Shown here piece after piece: positions 38,271-49,114 of a stretch of 64,000 nucleotides of DNA; the first letter of the stretch is position 1, and every line of letters starts with the position of its first letter. The translations under genes were made by a program, and so were the position numbers. A model generated the notes under the pieces. It did no database searches. It had not been told where the DNA came from and was given only the letters and a program-made list of their open reading frames with translations. This stretch comes from Tubulanus polymorphus (Eukaryota; Animalia; Nemertea), in NCBI RefSeq assembly GCF_964204645.1, contig NC_134036.1:2294001-2358000 (forward strand). The letters are read 5' to 3'.

Positions 38271-41200
38271 TTGTTTAGAAGATCCATTCAGGTCACTAAA
38301 TCCCCTAAAACAAGGGCTAAAAGACAAGGGTTTACTAGAATAACAAAGGTCAACAATACCATAACTAGAACTCGAATTGATAGATTTTATGTTTCTCAAT
38401 CTGTCACAAATGATGTAGAAACAATAGAACACCTTAACTCGATACACTCAGACCACAAATTAGTGTCAATGACAATTCACACAAACCAACCTCAACGTGG
38501 CAAGGGGTTCTGGCATTTGAACAATGATTTGCTAAATAATGAAAATTATGTAGACATGATTACAGACACGTGGAATAAGTGGCAAAGGCACAAAGGAGTT
38601 TATGAAAATATCCTCGAATGGTGGGATGATGGTAAAAAGCTTATTAAGTCTAAAACTATTAAATTTGCATGTGCCATTTCTAGATCTAGAAACGAATTAA
38701 ATATTTTAGAGAGTCGGGCAAGTAATGGTCAGAACTACGATTATAATAGATTGAAGAATATTGAAACCATAATTAAACAAATCGATGATAATAAAACAAA
38801 AGGGAAAATAATACGATCAAAAATTGAGTGGAGAGAAGAAGGAGAAAAAACATCGAAATTCTTCGCCAACTTAGAGAAAAGGAAAGGAAAAATTAACTAT
38901 GTAAATGCGCTTTATAATGAAAAAAATGAACTTAAAACTAATCAAAGTGAGATAATGGATATCAAAGTTAACTTCTATAAAAAATTGTACACCAAAGAAC
39001 AAACAGACCCCTTTAAACAGACCTATTTTCTAGAAAATCTATCTCAAGTTCAAAACCCAGAAATGATTGATGGTCCTATTACGATTAATGAACTAACGGA
39101 CTCGGTAAAATCTTTTAAATTAGATAAGTCGCCCGGTTTTGATGGAATATCGATTAACTTTTATAGGAAGTTCTGGAATATTCTACAAGATGACTTCCAT
39201 AAAGTAGTGTGCGAATGTATAAACCAAAACACGATTTCAGAATCTATGAAGATGGGCGTCATCACGCTACTCCACAAAAAAGACGAAAAAGCGCGTTTAG
39301 AAAACTGGAGACCAATTACTTTACTGTGTAGTGATTATAAAATAATAACAAAAACTTTAACAAACAGGTTAATCAAAGTAATGACAGATATAATTGACCC
39401 TGATCAAACATGCAACGTAAAAGGCCGGCGTATCCACGATAATTGCCATATAATTCGAGATATTATTCAATACACAGAAGACGAACATATTGAGGCATTT
39501 TTAATAGCCATCGACCAGATGAAGGCCTTTGATCGAGTCGACTGGTCCTTTATGTTTAAATCTCTTGAAGCTTTCGGATTCGGCGAAAATATGATCAAGT
39601 ACATTAAAATGTGTTATGTTGACCCTAAATCGTTGATAAAAAGTAATGGATTTTTAACAGTCCCCTTTTCCCTCGAACGGGGAGTTAGACAGGGATGCCC
39701 GATGAGCGCGTTGCTATACGTCATCATCGCTGAAACTTTATCAATAAAAATCAGGCGTAACGATGAGATTAAAGGAATTAAGTTGCCTGATGGCAGCATT
39801 TGTAAAACGAAACAGTTTGCTGATGACAATACCTTAACTTTAACCAGCACCAAATCAATTGAGGAATTATTCAATGTTTTATCTGATTTCGGAAAAGCTT
39901 CCGGTGCTAAAGTGAACCGCCAAAAAACGGAATGTTTATGGATAGGCGCCTCCAAAAATAGAACTGATACACCTTACAATCTTAAATGGTCGAACAAACA
40001 TATAAAAATATACGGCATGTATTTTGGACATGATGACATAGCTAAGTTGAACTGGGAACGAAAAGTCAGCACAGTATCAAACATATTAAATCAATGGCGT
40101 CAGACAAAACTATCCTACAAAGGAAAACGCGTAGTCATAAATTCATTTATTCTTCCTATATTATGGTATATATCAGAGATATATCCAATACCTAATACCT
40201 ACATGGAAAGGATTCAGAACCAAATTAATAATTTTCTTTGGTCATATGGAAAACACCATGTTAGGGCAGAGGTTATTTATAAACCTTTACGACAGGGTGG
40301 CCTAGCAATTAACAATATAAACTGTAGGATAATAGCCCAGAGAGTGCGAACAATTCTATCTGAAATAAGGAAAGAAACGAAATGGAGACCTTTGCTCAAT
40401 TTCTATCTCGAAAAAATACTCGGACCTGGCTGGTCATTACATTCCTTGATCAACGTAAATTTCGTAAATAAAGTAACTAATAACTTGTATTATAAAAACC
40501 TACTATCTGCATGGAAATATGTGATAACTCTTACCGAACCACAATTATCAAAGCACGATATAAAAAACAATTTATTATTCAATAACCCTTCAATAACTTT
40601 TAACGGCAAAACTTTAAACTACCCAGAGTATTCAGAAATAGGACTAACAAATGTCAAAAATTTATTCGATGAATACGGAAATTACTTGGAACTAGAAAAT
40701 TTTACACCAATTCTCGAAAACGCTAGAAAACATAAAAGGATATACGAGGCGATTCCCAGAGAATGGCGCGTCATCCTTGGTGACGAAAGCTTAGCCGACA
40801 CTAAAAAATCAGCTTTTACGGTAAAATTCCACAATAAACAAAGACTTTTCATTAGTTTAACAATGAGGGAGTTATATAGTTTCATTATACATAAGAAATT
40901 CGGGCACATTGTCCCGATAGGACGAAGGAAAATCGAAGATTTCCTCAATGCAAACGATATCGACTGGGCCCAAATTTGGGAAGATAGCTATCACCCGATT
41001 ATAGACAAAAAATTGAGCGATATGCAATGGCGTTTCCTACATGATTCGTTAGCAACAGCAAACAAACTAGTAACATGGCAAGTTTCAAATGATCCAACCT
41101 GTAAGGTATGCGGTCGAGCGGCCACAAATAGACATGTAATAATTGAATGCCCGGCAGCAATTGAACTTTTTTCTCGATTCCAAACTATAATTGACCAAAT

Positions 41201-41534
41201 AGCGGAACAGCCAACTAACTTAGATAAACGAGTAATATATTTCGGCTTGCCTAGACAGATAATTAGAAATTCAAAAAATAGACATATATGTAATTATGTA
41301 ATAACAGTTCTAAAATGGACACTGTACAAAAATCACCGTAAATCATGTGACGGGGAACAGCAAATAGATCTAAAAAACTATGCTAGGAATTATATTGTAA
41401 ATAGATTAAAACAAGAGATTGCACACAAAAAGAACATACATTTGTGGACCCAAAATGAATCCCTAATTAAAATAACTGAAATGGAATTGGTAATAAATGA
41501 AATACTACTCGATACAATTTATGATATACTGTAA
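38271..41534 (+). CDS. LINE ORF2: C-terminal end of APE endonuclease, reverse transcriptase and CCHC zinc knuckle (N-truncated)
   Basis: APE motifs RIDRFYVS and SDHKLV; Tx1-like GKGFWHLN and EEGEKTSKFF; RT motifs KSPGFDG, WRPITLL, KAFDRVDW, GVRQGCPMS, QFADD; C-terminal CKVC..HVIIEC. The annotated start is not the native start. Confidence 0.92.
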   Translation: MFRRSIQVTKSPKTRAKRQGFTRITKVNNTITRTRIDRFYVSQSVTNDVETIEHLNSIHSDHKLVSMTIHTNQPQRGKGFWHLNNDLLNNENYVDMITDTWNKWQRHKGVYENILEWWDDGKKLIKSKTIKFACAISRSRNELNILESRASNGQNYDYNRLKNIETIIKQIDDNKTKGKIIRSKIEWREEGEKTSKFFANLEKRKGKINYVNALYNEKNELKTNQSEIMDIKVNFYKKLYTKEQTDPFKQTYFLENLSQVQNPEMIDGPITINELTDSVKSFKLDKSPGFDGISINFYRKFWNILQDDFHKVVCECINQNTISESMKMGVITLLHKKDEKARLENWRPITLLCSDYKIITKTLTNRLIKVMTDIIDPDQTCNVKGRRIHDNCHIIRDIIQYTEDEHIEAFLIAIDQMKAFDRVDWSFMFKSLEAFGFGENMIKYIKMCYVDPKSLIKSNGFLTVPFSLERGVRQGCPMSALLYVIIAETLSIKIRRNDEIKGIKLPDGSICKTKQFADDNTLTLTSTKSIEELFNVLSDFGKASGAKVNRQKTECLWIGASKNRTDTPYNLKWSNKHIKIYGMYFGHDDIAKLNWERKVSTVSNILNQWRQTKLSYKGKRVVINSFILPILWYISEIYPIPNTYMERIQNQINNFLWSYGKHHVRAEVIYKPLRQGGLAINNINCRIIAQRVRTILSEIRKETKWRPLLNFYLEKILGPGWSLHSLINVNFVNKVTNNLYYKNLLSAWKYVITLTEPQLSKHDIKNNLLFNNPSITFNGKTLNYPEYSEIGLTNVKNLFDEYGNYLELENFTPILENARKHKRIYEAIPREWRVILGDESLADTKKSAFTVKFHNKQRLFISLTMRELYSFIIHKKFGHIVPIGRRKIEDFLNANDIDWAQIWEDSYHPIIDKKLSDMQWRFLHDSLATANKLVTWQVSNDPTCKVCGRAATNRHVIIECPAAIELFSRFQTIIDQIAEQPTNLDKRVIYFGLPRQIIRNSKNRHICNYVITVLKWTLYKNHRKSCDGEQQIDLKNYARNYIVNRLKQEIAHKKNIHLWTQNESLIKITEMELVINEILLDTIYDIL

Positions 41535-41621
41535 GCTTTGTATACTATGTACTACGTATATTATTAAATACTATGTATAGTATGTTTGTGTATTTTCCGA
41601 CATGAATAATGTATTATTGAT

Positions 41622-41985
<364 letters not shown>

Positions 41986-42475
41986 TTGTTATTGATATGT
42001 ATATAGACTTGTTAATTCTGTAAATGTGTATATATTGAAGAATGATAGACTATTTGATAACGATGTCTAGTATGTAAATAGGATTCTGTACCGATAACTG
42101 TATATATAATTTTTCAAAATTTTAAGAAAAAAGACAAAAGCAATATAAAAAAAGATAAAAAGTACTGAAAAAAAGGAAAAAAATGTTAAAAAAGAACGAA
42201 AATTTTTTATATCCTATTTGGAAAGAGTAGAACAACCTAAAATGAAAAGAGATAACAGTTATTTAAGAACTTTCCCTCTCGGTCGTAAGGTGTTTTTACA
42301 CCTAATACACGGAGCTAGAGGTGATTTTTTTTTTTCTTTTTAAACTGCATATTCTCGCTACAATCATGTAACAATTATTCAGTCCCCCACATGACTCCAG
42401 TGGGTGCGATGTAGATGTAATGGAGCTTTCCATTAGATAATAAAGTAAGATATTTAAAAAAAAAAAAAAAAAAAA

Positions 42476-42573
42476 GCGTTTAAATCTTTCGCCTTTTACT
42501 AAAGATTTCCGTGGAGAGGAACAATCAATGAGTCTATGGACTGATTTTTGAAGCCCTTCTAACCAGGAGGGTA
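42476..42573 (+). pseudogene. U5: U5 snRNA copy 3, 3' part (nt 24 to end)
   Basis: Resumes exactly at gcgtttaaatctttcGCCTTTTAC; Sm site and 3' hairpin present. Confidence 0.9.
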
Positions 42574-43069
42574 ACTTATAACGATAATGTAAAATGGCAT
42601 TCAGCCGGTGGCCTAGCTTAGAATTAGGTCCAGTCTCAGATTTAAGTCCAGTCTAAGACTATTTTGTTTATATAGTCGATGTAACATTTTACTACCGATC
42701 TAATGAATAAAGATAACACTTGGACTACTTATAAGGCTCTATTATAGGGCGGGTGATTTGCTGTAGCATTTTTACAACCTGATAATTCAAACGGAAAAGA
42801 AATGCAGATTAACCTATTTTGCAAAAAACTAACCCCCTCCCAGTTTTGGTGTCGGTTTTATGAATTCATCCGTTGTAAAAACATTGTTAAAATATCATCG
42901 TCCTTTTTGTCCTTTCTTTTCCAGTTTGAGAAATGTTCGGACAGTTTTGATGCCTCTGTATTAGATTCTCATCGAGATTTTCTTTTTGAAATTTAATTGT
43001 GGGTTTTTCTTCGAAAATCCGGAGCGAGTTCCACAGTAGAATTGTCTCATCTCAACTCACGCCAGCTAT

Positions 43070-44137
43070 TCATCGAAAACGAGAACCTTTTCTAGAGCAA
43101 GCTTTACTGAGAATGTCAATGGACGATTTTCTGAATTTTTCATTTGTCACACAATATATAATGAAATTTACTGACGAATCAACAATGGAAAATGCCAATG
43201 CGATTATTCTAAAAGAAAAACCGATATCCTTTATGGGGAACCATTTTCGTTTACGATCCACAAATCCCAAACCTTCGCAAATAATAAACAATGCAACAAC
43301 TGATAAAACCATCCTTAAAACCCTCATTTCCCTTCTAGACGATTCATCAGTTACACCGAGCTGTGAACGTCGAGTAACCCGACGGTAAAATGTCGCCGAA
43401 ATAAGAATAACATTGATGAAAACCAAAATGAACAGAGGAAATGTGACGGTGAGATAGAAGAAAAAAGTCCGCTCAGAAACTGTAAAAATCCAGTATCCTA
43501 TGTCAAAATTGTACCGGATGTTTCTACCACGCCGTTTTGTGATATAAGGCCAATAGTCAGGACAGTTCATGAATCCAAGTTGTTTGCGGGGTATAAATTG
43601 ACCTAGATGACCACAAAAACCCAACACAGAAATAAATAACATTGCACCCTGTGAGATCAGCTTTCTGGGAAGTCTACGAGATTTTATAGGAAACAATACG
43701 ACGATTAACCGCTCTAGACTGAGCAGTACAGTGCACCAGTTACGCGTCATCTGAAATATATAGAAAAACGGCAAAGATATTGAAATAAAAATCCACCCGA
43801 AAATCCAGTCGCTGCGCACCCGTAACAACATATCTCCCAAAACGGCGTAAATGTACGCAACTCTCAGCGGATAAAGAATGAATGTAGCGACCATAAACAA
43901 CAGGTCGTTTATAGCGAGAATTTTGATGAGAAAAAAAACATCAGATTTAAACCGTTTTAGAACTAATAACGTGAATGCGTTGAATGTTATACCTAGTACT
44001 GACGCCGGTAGATAACATCCTAAATACATTAGAACACTGAATTTTGGTTTGACATTAACCGGACGAGTTTGGACGCTCTGACACCAGCTAAGCTGCAGGA
44101 CCGGGCCACTTGTCGTATTGTCGCTAGGAATGAACAT
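43070..44137 (-). CDS. Intronless class-A GPCR, paralog 3 (355 aa)
   Basis: Close paralog with a 1-codon insertion in ECL1; intact ORF. Confidence 0.92.
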   Translation of the reverse strand: MFIPSDNTTSGPVLQLSWCQSVQTRPVNVKPKFSVLMYLGCYLPASVLGITFNAFTLLVLKRFKSDVFFLIKILAINDLLFMVATFILYPLRVAYIYAVLGDMLLRVRSDWIFGWIFISISLPFFYIFQMTRNWCTVLLSLERLIVVLFPIKSRRLPRKLISQGAMLFISVLGFCGHLGQFIPRKQLGFMNCPDYWPYITKRRGRNIRYNFDIGYWIFTVSERTFFFYLTVTFPLFILVFINVILISATFYRRVTRRSQLGVTDESSRREMRVLRMVLSVVALFIICEGLGFVDRKRKWFPIKDIGFSFRIIALAFSIVDSSVNFIIYCVTNEKFRKSSIDILSKACSRKGSRFR

Positions 44138-45069
44138 TTTCGGCCGCTGTAATAAGTCAGCGTTAGCGTTCTATTGTACGTATGTTAAATGATAAATTGA
44201 AGTAAATTGAACCCTGGTTACATCAGGCTCCTGCCGAGTATATCCGACCAATCAAGTCAAGTTTCACCAAGTTATCATTATTTTATCTCCGTTGAATGCA
44301 GTCCATCTAATAAACCATAATGGAACATTTGAATAGAAGTGTTCTACATCGGTCGGAGAGGAGTAAATTGAATCTAATTCTCATATCTTATTAGATAAAG
44401 TTTCTGTTAAGCCTTCGGTCCTAAATTCTTTCTCTATTCATACATATTTATGTAGATATAGGTGAAACTTTCTGAAATATTTTACTGAAATAATCGCGCA
44501 TCGCTTTCACACAAACCACACACATGAATAAGAGAGTTCCCAGTTCACAGTTTGTGTGGTCATTCGGGGCCGATAACAAACCCCCTGTTTCACTCCCAGC
44601 AGGTGTGGTGGGTTTGTAAGGGACACCAAGATCGAAAATCAAACGGAATCTACCAATCAAATAGTTAACGGGGTCAATCCTTATTTTAAGATAATAAAAT
44701 ATTCTGTGTTGTTAAAGAAACCTAGTTCAATAATAACTGGGTTCGAACCTATAACACCCAAAAGTTAGGCATTTTATCTAATGTTTAGCCGCGATCATAC
44801 GGAGACGATTTGGTCCGAGTCAAATTAGAGGGTGCCGAGTGTGAGTCGTGCACCTAGTCGGAGATTCACGGAATTTACCGAGTGCTCACGGAAAACAAGT
44901 TACCATCATTATGATTATCATATATTTGTAACTGTAGCATCATTGCTAGTTGATTGGTCTAATTAAGTGTAATATGAATTTGGATAAAATTCCGACTGAA
45001 ATCTGTGGGAACTTCTGGCTAAAAGACCGATTTTGTGGAGGTAAAGAATCTGAATTTGTCGAAAGTAAA

Positions 45070-45105
45070 ACACCGTGTTTAAAGGCAATGGTTTCGGGGT
45101 ATAAA
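45070..45105 (+). promoter_or_regulatory. PSE-like element and TATAAA of U5 copy 4
   Basis: Same motifs at -58 and -28 from 45128. Confidence 0.65.
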
Positions 45106-45127
45106 TACCTCGAGGACTGTCAGCTGA

Positions 45128-45248
45128 ATCACTCTGGTTTCTCTTCAACCGCGTTTAAATCTTTCGCCTTTTACTAAAGATTTCCGTGGAGAGGAACAAT
45201 CAATGAGTCTATAGACTGATTTTTGAAGCCCTCCATACCAGGAGGGTA
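45128..45248 (+). ncRNA. U5: U5 snRNA, copy 4
   Basis: Intact loop 1, Sm site GATTTTTG and 3' hairpin gccctcc-atacca-ggagggt. Confidence 0.95.
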
Positions 45249-45322
45249 GCTTACAACAATAATATAAGAAATGTACTATTCAATCATAACCTACCAGCCA
45301 AATAAGTCCCTGATTTAAAAAA

Positions 45323-45395
45323 AAAGATTTCCGTGGAGAGGAACAACCAATGAGTCTATAGACTGATTATTGAAGCCCTTCTCATTAGGAGGTTA
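45323..45395 (+). pseudogene. U5 3'-half fragment
   Basis: aaagatttccgtggagaggaacaa...gagtctatagactg without the 5' half and loop 1; the Sm site is mutated (gattattg). Confidence 0.8.
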
Positions 45396-46564
45396 ACTCA
45401 TCAAATTATCAAAAAAATACCACATTTACATGCCCGATTGTATCATCTCGACTGACTATGTACTTCTTTGTGTATTTTTTTTAAATCTTAAAATAGGGAT
45501 TGTCCCAGTTATTTATTCATTTGGTTGGCAAATAAGAGTAAGGGTATTAGCGAGTGTATAAATACCATAGCATTTCGTTCCTAAAAAGCAATCGATATTT
45601 CGTCCGCCAGTAAGGTCATAAAATCGTCTGGACATTCAGATCCCTGGAATTATATAGTCAGATTTTAGGACTCGCAATCTCGTAAAAACTGGACCAAGTT
45701 AACGTTGGCGATATAAACAAAGTGTTTCTTGTTAATAAGTCTCGCGATTTCTCCCGATTTATCGCCGTTTGACGTCTTCGGGATGAGAGAGTGAGATAGT
45801 CTCGAAATATCAAATTGCTGCCGCCAATTGCCAGTTTTCCGACTCTCAAACTGTGTTATCACCTCAAATATCACGTGTATATTTCATTGTGAGATATATC
45901 ATTTCACGCGTGATATCTCATTTTCGTTTTTTTTTTTTTTTTTTTTTTTTTGTATTTTTTTTTATGAATGGAAATTTCGTAGCCTCTCAACGAATCGGTC
46001 AAATATTGCCGCTGTGATGTAGGAACTTGTGTCATCTCTCGTCTGTGAGATCAAGGTCGTCTGCTTCAAGCAACAACAAACGAAAAAAATGGAGAAATAA
46101 ACAACAGAAAACCGAATCTAACGACATTCGAGTCGATACTCGTTTCATGACGGTCTAAAGGGGAGAGGTGGGGGGTCCTTACACACTCACACGGCAGCAC
46201 AACCGTAGCCAGAGAATCCATTAACACGATAAAAACCACCGTTGAGAATTCGTTCCGGGTGCGAAAAAAGCGTTCGAAAAAAAATATTTTACCGAATATC
46301 TCACGCGAACATTGTCGTGTTGCTTAGGAACTGGATATTTCAGATTTCGTGATATAAACAGTTCTAGCGGTAAAATGAGAGAAATCAAAACATGAAATTT
46401 CAACCAGTAAAATATGACCTTCACATTGTTCCAGTGAAAAGTGAGATTCTACTTGAAAAGGTGTCGATGAGGATAGTGGATTTTGAAAATCAAAGATGGC
46501 TGCCAGTCAGCCATATTAAAAGCAATAGTGATCAAAAGAAACAACATCGAGTGGCATTTCAAGA

Positions 46565-46985
46565 TAAGATAGCTGCCCGTATAAATCCCCCTATGACATC
46601 AGCAAACTAATCTAAAAGATGGCTGCCTCTATAAATCACCCCATGACATCAGAAAATGACACAGAAGACACTTAAAGAGATGGCTGCTTTCATAAATCCT
46701 CCTATGACATCATCAGATTGATCTAGAGGCCTTGCTTGTAAATATGGCTGCTCCCATAAACCCCCCTATGACATCATCAGATTGATCTAGACTCCTTGCT
46801 AGAAAAGATGGCTGTCCCCATAGACCTGTCTATGACATCATCGAAGTGATATGTGGACACTCCCAGGAAGTATGAGTGTATGGATGAATCCCCCTATGAC
46901 ATCATCAGTGATTGACGTGGTGATTGGACCACTTCCGAGTTAGGAAATTACTTCCATGAATCCCCCTATGACATCAGCAAACAAT
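46565..46985 (-). repeat. Tandem of ~7 degenerate units (agatggctgc...ataaatccccctatgacatca), reverse complement of the 8305-9700 family
   Basis: Conserved ~35-nt core with variable 15-40-nt linkers. Confidence 0.8.
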
Positions 46986-47986
46986 CGACAAGACCGCAGA
47001 ACGGAATCGACAATAGTGTTACACAATGTGAGAGGTATTGAAACATGAAAGAGATCTTCACGCGCGGAAGCCAGCAATTGTGAAAACGTCTCTCCGCGGA
47101 AAATAAACCTAATTCCTAGGCAATAACCTGGTCTATAATTACCCGGATAGAGAGAGTGGTGAGAGTGAGAGAGTGAGAGGTCCGCCGGCTAAATAACCGC
47201 CGGTTGTCACCAGAAACGAAATGAACCACTTTATTTATAATAAAAACTCTATTACCAGCATCGCCTCCTCAGCGGCAGCGGTTACAGTGCTAACCTGACT
47301 CCACACACACCATCGCAGCCACAACCGCCGCAATTGTTACACACGCACGGTCGCTGTACTACAACAATCACAGCCGCGATTGTTGTTTATTTGAACGAAT
47401 TGTTGTTTATTTTTTCAAGATCAAAGAACACCACTCCATGTAACAGGGGCACGAGAAGGGGTGAGGACAATATTTAAGTCAAGTCTACGTTTAATTTTCT
47501 AGTAACAAATTGTACTTATTGAATCTTTTTTAATACCATCACTAAATAGGGCCAGCTCTTGAGCAGAGGAGTGGTAAACTAGGACCTATTGACCGATCAA
47601 GGTTCGTCTCATTCTGAACTGGAGAAATATTTCAATCTCTGTTTGCGTCTCATTCAGTTTGTCAAGGTCACCTTGAGATTGCGCAGCTCGTGATATCTCT
47701 TATCATCTCTCAAAAATCAGTATCATTTATCGAGTGATGAAAAATTACCGGTGCCTCGGAACTTCGTCGCGCGTTGACCGGAAGTCCAACTGACCGGAAG
47801 AACTAAGAGGCAGACTCGTTAACGTCACTAGCTCCGAGAGTATTTATGACCGGACCGGAAGTGAGTCTCCACACGACCGGTGATGGACACTACGTCATCG
47901 AAAATGAGAGAGAAGGTAATAATCGTAATTTCTGACCATGAACACGGTTTAGCAGACGACATTTGGATGGGATACGACGTTCTAGA

Positions 47987-49114
47987 TCAAACGATTTTCA
48001 AACGGGCAAAAAATCGGAGAACCATTTTTAACGCCGCCATTTTGAATTTTTCGTTGGTGAAACAATAAACAACGACATTCAAACAGGAATCGACAACGGT
48101 CAGCACTGTTGCAATTTTACGATATAGCAACATCGATTGGGTGTCGTTCAAACCGGAGATTCGAAAATAGATCAGTTTAAAACGTCCGAAAAAAGACATT
48201 TTTCCTAAAAATAACATCGTTTCGCAGACGACATAGACGGCAATCAGAGCAAACGACATTCTTAAAACTCTCAACTCTAAATTACTACCTGCTGCTGCCG
48301 CTGCTGCGTTCTTGTTCAGTTTCTGTCCGCTCGATAATCGGATTATTATTAGGCTAAATATTAGAATAATATTTATAGAAATTAACGCGCACATTGGTAC
48401 GATGATGCTAGCGACAGTGCTGCGCCAGCCGCCCATGTAATCTTGCAATTTTGACAGCACCGATTCAGTGTGGTAGGCCAGCCGTGCGCCGCGTACCAAC
48501 GTTACACCGGAGTCACCCTCCACGCAGACGATAGGTAGGAGTTTCCGTTGCGGTAACAAAAACGGGAAATAACAAACGAAACTGAAAACGACGAGAAAAC
48601 CAACCAGAAAATTCACCACTTTTCGAGTCCAGAATATTCGCGATTTCAGCGGGAAAATAGTTATGACAAGTCTTTCTAAACTGACCAGGATCACGCACCA
48701 GTTACGACTTTGTTGAAGCATTAAATACGGCCCTAAAACCGTTTGTATAAATTCCCAGCCGTAATTCCAATCGTCCACATAGAACATAACCCGTCCTAGA
48801 TGTACATAAATGTGCATTATGCGTAAAGGGTACATGACAAATACACTAGCACAATACAACAAATCAAAAAGAGCTAAAACTTTAATTAAATAGTAAACCT
48901 CATTGTTCATACGTCTCAACACGAGAATGGTTACTACGTTCAGACACATGCCAAGTATTGTTACCGGTCCGTAACAGAAGATGTACATGTACACGCTGAA
49001 TTTATACTCCCAGTGAGACGATCTGGTGGTCACTAAGCGTTCGCACCATCCCGACCACGCTCGTACTGTAGTCGTCTGCTCGAGTGGACTAGCGGAAATA
49101 TTGTCGGCGTCCAT
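47987..49114 (-). CDS. Intronless class-A GPCR, divergent paralog 4 (375 aa)
   Basis: 7TM pattern; shares family motifs WC, YPLR, VDDWxxGW, RNWC..SLERL..FPxKSR, RVLRM, CE and VDS..N..YC.TNEKF with paralogs 1-3; poly-Ala run in ICL3. Confidence 0.92.
   Translation of the reverse strand: MDADNISASPLEQTTTVRAWSGWCERLVTTRSSHWEYKFSVYMYIFCYGPVTILGMCLNVVTILVLRRMNNEVYYLIKVLALFDLLYCASVFVMYPLRIMHIYVHLGRVMFYVDDWNYGWEFIQTVLGPYLMLQQSRNWCVILVSLERLVITIFPLKSRIFWTRKVVNFLVGFLVVFSFVCYFPFLLPQRKLLPIVCVEGDSGVTLVRGARLAYHTESVLSKLQDYMGGWRSTVASIIVPMCALISINIILIFSLIIIRLSSGQKLNKNAAAAAAGSNLELRVLRMSFALIAVYVVCETMLFLGKMSFFGRFKLIYFRISGLNDTQSMLLYRKIATVLTVVDSCLNVVVYCFTNEKFKMAALKMVLRFFARLKIV

Noticed and set aside
38137-38343. 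68-aa ORF across the LINE 5' junction as a fusion gene
   Set aside because: Chance in-frame join of U5 promoter and gene sequence with the endonuclease remnant; non-ATG start.
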